A stretch of DNA of 64,000 bases from Chrysomallon squamiferum (taxonomy: Eukaryota > Animalia > Mollusca), in contig CM022670.1 in NCBI GenBank assembly GCA_012295275.1, forward strand, positions 9,610,001 through 9,674,000, written 5' to 3'. The translations under genes and the position numbers were made by a program. Shown in pieces: positions 49,265-64,000 of the stretch. The number at the start of each line of letters is the position of its first letter. The first letter of the stretch is position 1. Under the pieces are notes generated by a model, which worked only from the letters and a program-made list of their open reading frames with translations, made no database searches and was not told the origin of the DNA.

Positions 49265-52200
49265 AAGAAAGAAACAAAAAAAAAATGAAATAACGAATGT
49301 AATAAAACATCCTGGTCTAGTTCATAGATTACTTTTAAAGTTTTATTACTAGACATTGTTAATAAACGAGGAAGTTATTCATCCTCGTTTTGTGAATATT
49401 TGATTAGCTAAAGATTGGATTAGTAAGACATTTTTCTGATAGAAGTTTAGATAGATATAACCGATTCTAAATATTCAGTAAATAAAATCACACAAAGATA
49501 TTTATTATTCGTTCAACAATCTTTTAATCTGCAATTATGTGCTGTTTTTCGTATGTTACGTTTAAAGGACCATACAAGAGGAAACTCACTAACGCATGCC
49601 GTACGCTTTTCATTTACGTTCAGCAGCAAAGGATTTTGTTTCATAAATACCTTCTCTCAAATGGAAAAGTATCTGGTTTAATCAAACTGTTTCGATGAAA
49701 CTAGCCGCAACAAGTAAAAGAGGAAATGGGAAAATCGAGGAGATCACAATTATGTTTTAGAAAATAAAATTATTTGTTGATTGTTTCATCTATCCCATTG
49801 TTTATTCTTTTATTTCAAGTTCCAACTAGTCCTCCACGTCTTATTACGTGAATGATGAATCGTGTCTATATTTTTTGGCTGTGAGAAAGGTTCAAATAAA
49901 ACACATGCACTTTTCGGAAAAGGCTGATCTTGCAAGATGAAAGGATTTTCATTGAACAAAAAAATAAGAAAAAGAAAATAAGAAAACTAATTGTAATAAA
50001 TAAATAAATAAATAATAAGTTAATAACAAAAATAATATCAACAGTACGTTTTTCCTGTTTGATGAATTTCAGGTGAGAAACTGATAACAAACATATTAAA
50101 TTTTCTATTCTATTCTATTTTATTTTTTATTTATTTTATAATGTTTTGCTATGCTTTGCATTTGTTTTGTTTTGTTTTATTTTATTTAAATGAAATTATC
50201 ATTATTTTAATTTTATTATTATTATTTTTTTTTAATTCAATTGTTTTTTTTTTCAAATTTTTTTTTTCAATTCGAAGAAAAACAGAGAAATATCTTTAAA
50301 AGTATTTTCTTTAAAATCATATACGTAAGGAATAATAACATTTCAAAAACAAAATAAAATGGAAAGATAATTGTGTGTCATCTATCAGTACAGAAAATAT
50401 ATGTTATGAATTTAAAGAAACGTTTATAAAAAAATTGTCTATTCCTAATGAAGCAGTTAACGAATTTGGTACTGTTTCGTTTTGGCATTTCTTCAACAAA
50501 ACCAGCTCAATGTCCGAAAACCCCATAGAACCATCTTGGAAATTTAATTTTACGTTTCTATTTGTAAATATTGTTATTTATTTTTAACATTTTATATTAC
50601 GATTTGTATTACTTTATGTATGTACGTATGTACGTATGTATGTATGTGTGTGTGTATGTATTTTAAATTGATACTTTAAAAAAAATTAAAAATTATAGTA
50701 ATTATGTAGTTTAGATAAAAAAATAAAATAAACAAATTAATAAAATGCATTGCAGGATTTTATTTACATAATGACGTCACAATATACAGTAATAAAAGTA
50801 ACCTTTCTAGAATGATACATGAAAATTGTAAAAATTACAAGCTGCGAAACTTTATTTCAAATTTACAGTTAACAAAAATCAATGAACTGATGTTTAGCAA
50901 CATCTAAACAAAAATAAATAAACTGTGTTTGTGTGTGTGTGTGTGTGTGTGTTTGTACATGCACGGACGTGTATGTTTGAATGTGTGTATTTATGTATCT
51001 GTGAGTATATGACTGAGAAAAGCTCACTGTTGTGGTTTTGAATTTTTTTTATGTTTAACCAGATATTAAGGATTATAAAAGAACATTATTACTGACATGT
51101 TTTAGAATGACTGGTTTTATAAATTACTCTTTGAATTCGATTAGCAATAGGAAATATTGACAGGCATCTTTCCAGAAACAGGATAACTTTAGATAAACCA
51201 GTAGTCTATCTCTGACCGGAACGGGAAACAGACATAGTCGGGTGCACCATGAACGAAGAATATATCCAGCAATCCATTGCACTGCATATGTAATCACTAA
51301 ACTACACAGTCTACATTTCCTTTATTCAGTACAACAGCTATAAGATTATAGAGAGATTAATAACATTTATAATATTCATCATAAGCTGTTTTTTAGTCCT
51401 TCTCTAGTTACACGCTTATTGTTATTTATTTTTTATTCAACGAAACAAGATTGAGCATGCGTATCTATGTATGCATGCACGTGTGTATGTATGGTGTGTA
51501 TGTGTGTGTATTTGCATTTATGTGCATGTGTGTGTGTGTTTATCAGTATGTCTATGAAAGTGTATGTATACAGTACAAAAAGGTTAAGATAAAAGCCGTG
51601 CATTTCTGAATAAAATATTTAATACATTTTGAAGTGAGACTGTACTCAGCAAATTGAGTTTTTGTCAATAAATAAACAAATTGAGTAAATAAAAAAATAA
51701 AAAAAAGTGTTATTATACAAGAGTATTACGTATCATGTATGGGAGTGTATAAGCACGTGTGATTTGTATGTGTGCATATATGTATGTGTATTTACGTATG
51801 TATGTGCATGAATGTGTGTATGGATGTATGTGTTAATCTGTGTGTGCACATGTATATGTGTACGTACGTGTGTATGTGTATTGAAAGACGCACGCTCCTT
51901 TATATTAGGAGGATATTCAGTGTTCAGATTTTAAATTCTACAATAAAATAATTAGATTTAAAAAAATGTAGTTAAATGCGGGTTAAAAAGTGGAGGGAGG
52001 AAATATAATTTAGTTTGAGCAATAAATTAAATATTTACTTTGTTGTTACTCGTGTGCATTTCGTGTTATTACAGCATTGGTTTCTCCTTTTTTTTTTAAA
52101 TACATAAAAAAGAGAAAGAAAAAAAGAAACAACATCAAAGAAGCCTGATAACAATAAAAAAAACAAAGAAGAAAAATGAATTAAAACAAATGTTGTGGAT

Positions 52201-52447
52201 AATTTATTTGGAGAAAATATGCACATAGTATTGTGAATGCTTACAATAAAAAAGATATCAGTTATTAATGCAGTTTTAGAACTATTATTTAATTATATAC
52301 ATACATGTGTAATATACAATACTATCAAATATATATATATAGTGTGAATAAAGCTGTGAGAAAAAATTTAATATATTTCTAAATATACATTTACAAATGA
52401 TTAATTTAAAAAATCCATTGATTAGTTGAAATTACATTTTGCCATAA

Positions 52448-52496
<49 letters not shown>

Positions 52497-52948
52497 TCTT
52501 CTTCATTTATATATATGTATTCGTATATAATATTTTCTTTTAATGCAGTCAGGAAAAATTAGCATAATATCATTCAGTCCTTTCCCGATGTTTCTTTTTA
52601 CATTTTGTAAAAAAAACTCCTTTATCCTTCGAAATTATTTTCCACCACACTGGCCCTGCCATACTTTTAGTGAAATCCAGCATTTGCTATTTGTGTGCCA
52701 GTGTGTGTTATGTTAGCAGTATACAAGTATGTTTGTGTGTATGAGTGTTTGTATGTATGCATGTAAGTATATTTGTATGTGTGTCTGTGTGTGTAAGTAT
52801 GTGTGTGTCTCTCCATATGTATGTGTGCTTGTATGTATGTATGTATGTATGTATGTATGTATGCATTCTTTTCATAACAACCAAGAGAATTTGTCTGACT
52901 TGTTTCTTTTTTGTTCTTTAGATTATTTTTTGCTGTAAAAGAAAGACA

Positions 52949-58521
<5,573 letters not shown>

Positions 58522-59240
58522 CACGACAAAATGTAGACTGCGTAAAATAATAATAATAATAATAGTGGTAGCAGTAATAGAAGGAGTAGTAGTTGTAGTA
58601 GTGTTAGTATTACTATTAGTAGTAGTAGTAGTAGTAATAATAATAAGAATAATTATAATAATAGTAACAATAACCATCATCATCACAACAACAGTTTTAA
58701 TTAGTAAAAGAATAAACAACAACAATAATAATTTTAAACTAAAAATCATAGTCATCTGTTTCATTAAATGTTTCTTTTGGGTACATTTGTGTGTACGTAT
58801 GTGTGTGTGTATATCTATTTCAAATACTTCCGAACACACAGTTTTTGTAAATGGTTTTGGCCTGTACTTTCCAAATAGTCAGTAATCACCTGTGTCTACT
58901 GCGTCTCGATTGGTTAGTTATCGTAAAGGGGAATATTTTAATTTTTTATCCGCCAAAAAGGAAGTTCAGAACTCAAAGGTGCGCTGCTTCACTGGATTTT
59001 TTTATTCATTAAGCATATTTACAATACAGAAAGGTTGTCATGAATGCAGTCGCGTTATATTTCTACATGCTGTAATAGTTAATACATTTTGAAGCAAGAT
59101 AACAAAGAGCGGATTTTTTTTCTAATAAAGTCGAGCATGTGTCTGCTATTTCACAAAAAAAAAAAGAAAAAAAGTATCAACAACACAACAACAAAACATA
59201 CACACACTCATACCACAAAAAACAAAACAAGCAACAACCT

Positions 59241-59486
59241 GATATTGACTTAGACTTAATTTTTTTAATGTAATGTTAACAAAACACTAACACTATTCTG
59301 AAATACTAACATGTGTGGAATAAAATCGATATTAACGCAGACTTCAACTTTCTTAATGTAATGTTAACAAAACACTAACATTATTCTAAAACACGAACAT
59401 GTGTGGAATAAAATTGATATTAACGCTGACTTAATCCTTTTTAATGTAATGTTAACAAAACACTGACATTATTCTAAAATACGAAC
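59241..59486. repeat. 88-bp tandem repeat, ~2.8 copies, in Src intron 1
   Basis: atgtgtggaataaaat.gatattaacgc...aatgtaatgttaacaaaacact.acattattctaaaa units start at 59311 and 59399, plus a partial unit. The duplicate region has one unit (~48683-48767). Confidence 0.8.
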
Positions 59487-61233
59487 ATCGATCAAAAATG
59501 ACGCAAAGATTTCTGACTCTAAATCACATAAGTAAAACTTGACACGTGAAAACAAGAGCCTGCTATCGTCAATTACTATGCAACGTCTCCTGTATCCCGC
59601 TACCGATTTAAAACAAACAGTGACTGAAGATAAAATATCTAAGAATACAAACACTTACCTTACTGTACCGGTACGTCACAAAGTTCAGAAACAGGTCTGT
59701 GATGATCTGAGGTAAAAATGTATTTTATTTTTCCAGGCTGTGTAAAGTTTGCTAACAGTTAACAGCCATAAACGCTTCACTAAACAGGTTTCAACGACTT
59801 AAAAGGAAAATCATTCAATGACGAAGTCCGCTTTGTAAATTAACTTCCTGATTTAGGCTGCCAATGCATACCCCGATAACTGTAACACTTTCTACGCGAC
59901 TACTGGTTTTTTAAATAAATAAAAAAGAAAGAAAGAAAAAAATAATGAAATAACGAGTGTAATAAAACATCCTGGTTTAGTTCATAGATTACTTTTAAAG
60001 TTTTATTACTAGACATTGTTAATAAACGGGGAAGTTATTTATCCTCGTTTTGTGAATATTTGATTAGATAAAGACTGGATTAGTAAGAAATTTTTCTTAT
60101 AGAAGTTTAGACAGATATAACCGATTCTGAATATTCAGTAAATAAAATCACACAAAAATATTTATTATTCGTTCAACAATCTATTAATCTGCAATTATGT
60201 GCTGTTTTTCGTATGTTACGTTTAAAGGACCATACAAGAGGAAACTCACTAACGCATGCCGTACGCTTTTCATTTACGTTTAGCAGCAAAGGATTTTGTT
60301 TCATAAATACCTTCCCTGAAATGGAAAATTATCTGTTTTAATCAAACTGTTTTGATGAAACTAGCCGCAACAAGTAAAAGAGGAAATGGAAAAATGGAGG
60401 AGATCACAATTATGTTTTAGAAAATAAAATCATTTGTTGATTGTTTCATCTATCCCATTGTTTATTCTATTATTTCAAGTTCCAACTAGTCCTCCACGTC
60501 TTATTACGTGAATGAAGAAATCACATGCACTTTTCGGAAAAGGCTGATTTTGCAAGATGAAAGGATTTTCATTGAAAAAAATAAGAAAAAATAATTGTAA
60601 TAAATAAATAAATAAATAATAAGATTTAACTGTGAGAAAATTTCAGGTTCAAATAAAAAACAGATGCACTTTTCGGCAAAGGCTGGTTTTTTTGTTTTGT
60701 TTTAAGAAATGAAATTATCATTATTTTAATTTTATTATTTTTTTTTCCTAATGAAGCTGTTAAAAAAACAGAATTTGGTACTGTTTCGTTTTGGCATTTC
60801 TTCAACAAAGCCAGCACTATGTCCGAAAACCCCATAGAACCATCATGGAAATTTAATTTTACGTTTCTCTTTGTAAATATTGTTATTTATTTTTAAGATT
60901 TTATATTACGATTTGTATTGCTTTATGTATGTACGTATGTACGTATGTATGTATTGTGTGTATGTATTTTAAATTGATACTTTAAAAAAAATAAAAAATT
61001 ATAGTAATTATGTAGTTTAGATAAAAAAATAAAATAAACAAATTAATAAAATGCATTGCAAGATTTTATTTACATAAAGACGTCACAATATACAGTAATA
61101 AAAGTAACCTTTCTAGAATGATACATGAAAATTGTAAAAATTGCACGCTGCGAAACTTTATTTCAAATTTACAGTTAACAAAAATCAATGAACTGATGTT
61201 TAGCAACATCTAAACAAAAATAAATAAACTGTG

Positions 61234-61273
<40 letters not shown>

Positions 61274-61840
61274 CACGGACGTGTATGTTTGAATGTGTGT
61301 ATTTATGTATCTGTGAGTATATGACTGAGAAAAGCTCACTGTTGTGGTTTTGAAAAGAAAAATTATGTTTAACCAGATATTAAGGATTATAAAAGAACAT
61401 TATTACTGACATGTTTTAGAATGACTGGCTTTATAAATTACTCTTTGAATTCGATTAGCAATAGGAAACATTGACAGGCATCTTTCCAGAAACAGGATAA
61501 CTTTAGATAAACCAGTAGTCTATCTCTGACCGGAACGGGAAACAGACATAGTCGGGTGCACCATGAACGAAGAATATATCCAGCAATCCATTGCACTGCA
61601 TATGTAATCACTAAACTACACAGTCTACATTTCCTTTATTCAGTACAACACCTATAAGATTATAGAGAGATTAATAACATTTATAATATTCATCATAAGC
61701 TGTTTTTTAGTCCTTCTCTAGTTACACGCTTATTGTTATTTATTTTGTATTCAACGAAACAAGATTGAGCATGCGTATCTATGTATGTATGCACGTGTGT
61801 ATGTATGGTGTGTATGTGTGTGTATTTGCATTTATGTGCA

Positions 61841-61873
<33 letters not shown>

Positions 61874-63458
61874 TTATCAGTATGTCTATGAAAGTGTATG
61901 TATACAGTACAAAAAGGTTAAGATAAAAGCCGTGTATTTCTGAATAAAATATTTAATACATTTTGAAGTGAGACTGTACTCAGCAAACTGAGTTTTTGTC
62001 AATAAATAAACAAATTGAGTAAATAAAAAAAATAAAAAAAGAAGTGTTATTATACAAGAGTATCATCATGTATGGGAGTGTATAAGCACGTGTGATTTGT
62101 ATGTGTGCATATATGTATGTGTATTTACGTATGTATGTGCATGAATGTGTGTATGGATGTATGTGTTAATCTGTGTGTGCACATGTATATGTGTACGTAC
62201 GTGTGTATGTGTATTGAAAGACGCACGCTCCTTTATATTAGGAGGATATTCAGTGTTCAGATTTTAAATTCTACAATAAAATAATTAGATTAAAAAAATG
62301 TAGTTAAATGCGGGTTAAAAAGTGGAGGGAGGAAATATAATTTAGTTTGAGCAATAAATTAAATATTTACTTTGTTGTTACTCGTGTGCATTTCGTGTTA
62401 TTACAGCATTGGTTTCTCTTTTTTTTTTTTAAATACATAAAAAAGAGAAAGAAAAAAACATCAACGAAGCCTGATAACAATAAAAAAAAACAAAGAAGAA
62501 AAATGAATTAAAACAAATGTTGTGGATAATTTATTTGGAGAAAATATGCACATAGTATTGTGAATGCTTACAATAAAAAAAATATCAGTTATTAATGCAG
62601 TTTTAGAACTATTATTTAATTATATACATACATGTGTAATATATAATACTATCAAATATATATATATATATATATATATATAGTGTGAATAAAGCTGTGA
62701 GAAAAAATTTAATATATTTCTAAATATATATTCAAAAATGATTAATTATTCTTAGCAAATTTATTATTTAAATTAAATACATTTAAAAAATCCATTGATT
62801 AGTTGAATATACATTTTGTCATAATTTTATTATTATTGTAGTTATTATTATTATTATTATTATTAATTCTTCTTCATTTATATATATGTATCCGTATATA
62901 ATATTTTCTTTTAATGCAGTCATGAAAAATGTATATCAATATTTATTCGTATATAATATTTTGACAAAAATTTTCTCGGAATGCAGTCAGGAAAAATTAG
63001 CATAATATCATTCAGTCTCTTTTCCCATGATAAAATGTTTTTAATTTTAAAGACTATATTTTGTAAAAAAAAGCAAACAAAAATTATTTTTTTGTTTTTG
63101 TTATCCTTTTATTAATGATTTTCCAATTCTGTCTTGGCCCTCAGATTAACAGTTTTCTAAGTGCACTGAAATCCAGGTCATTCAGTCCTTTTGATGTTTC
63201 ACATTTTGTGTTATGTTATGTTAGCAGTATACAAGTATGTTTGTGTGTATGACTGTATGTATGTATGTATGTAAGTATATTTGTATGTGTGTCTGTGTGT
63301 GTATGTGTAAGTATGTGTGAGTCTCTCCATGTGTATATAAGTGTATATGTGTGCTTGTATGAATGTATGTATGTATGCATTCTTTTCATATCTACCAAAA
63401 GAATTTGACTCGTCTCTTTTTTGTTCTTAAGACTATTTTTTGCTGTAAAAGAAAGACA

Positions 63459-63673
63459 CTAATATTTATCTCTATCCTCGTAACTTGATTCCTGGGCTGC
63501 TTCGTCAGTGAAGGAATTGTGCAGATGTTCAAAGGTAGGCCTGTCTTCTGCATTTTTCTTCCAGCAACACAGCATGATATCATAGTACCACTCTTTGCAT
63601 TCCAGTTTACCCTCCGGCATGGGCATGCGGTAACCTCTGGACAAGTTGGTCAAAACCTCGTGTCCATTCATTC
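63459..63673 (-). CDS. Last exon of a second, tandem Src-family kinase copy (gene continues beyond the window)
   Basis: GMNGHEVLTNLSRGYRMPMPEGKLECKEWYYDIMLCCWKKNAEDRPTFEHL...QESSYEDRDKY*; only 3 nucleotide differences from 52949-53163. Confidence 0.9.
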
Positions 63674-64000
63674 CTGGATCAGAAACATGGATATAAAAAT
63701 GAATACTGAAATGTTCTTGTAGTTTGTACAAGCACAAGTACAACTGCTTACAACTACAGCTGCTTTGACTACAACTAATACTCAAGTTGCTTCTACTGTT
63801 ACTGTTACTGTTACTGATACTGTTATATCTGCTACAACTACTTCCACTATGGCTTCAACAGTTATAATAATAATAATAGTTATCCAGATAAACAGACAAC
63901 TAAAGAAACTGAAATATACAAATATTAATAAAGATTTACCATTATATATATATATATATATACATTATGATATTAAAAAATACAAATAGTGTTCTCGATT

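Overview
AT-rich, microsatellite-dense eukaryotic (invertebrate animal, probably lophotrochozoan/mollusc; inferred) genomic DNA with intron-rich genes, reconstructed by hand from splice sites and reading phase. From left to right: DEG/ENaC (ASIC-like) channel A (+, 8 exons); a GH13 alpha-glucosidase/SLC3A1-like gene with two frameshifts (probable pseudogene, -); DEG/ENaC channel C (-, 12 exons) with a ~235-aa extracellular insertion; DEG/ENaC channel D (-, close paralog of A); a decayed Tc1/mariner transposon; two tandem 2'-5'-oligoadenylate synthetase (OAS)-like genes; a 200-N gap; and a ~10.5-kb tandem duplication of a Src-family kinase gene. The Src array has one complete copy, the last exon of a second, and an orphan 5' end of a third. 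The most notable item is the complete OAS-like gene, whose N-terminus carries three C2H2 zinc fingers of the HX5H (JAZ/matrin, RNA-binding) type fused to an intact nucleotidyltransferase, next to an expanded, atypical Src kinase array.
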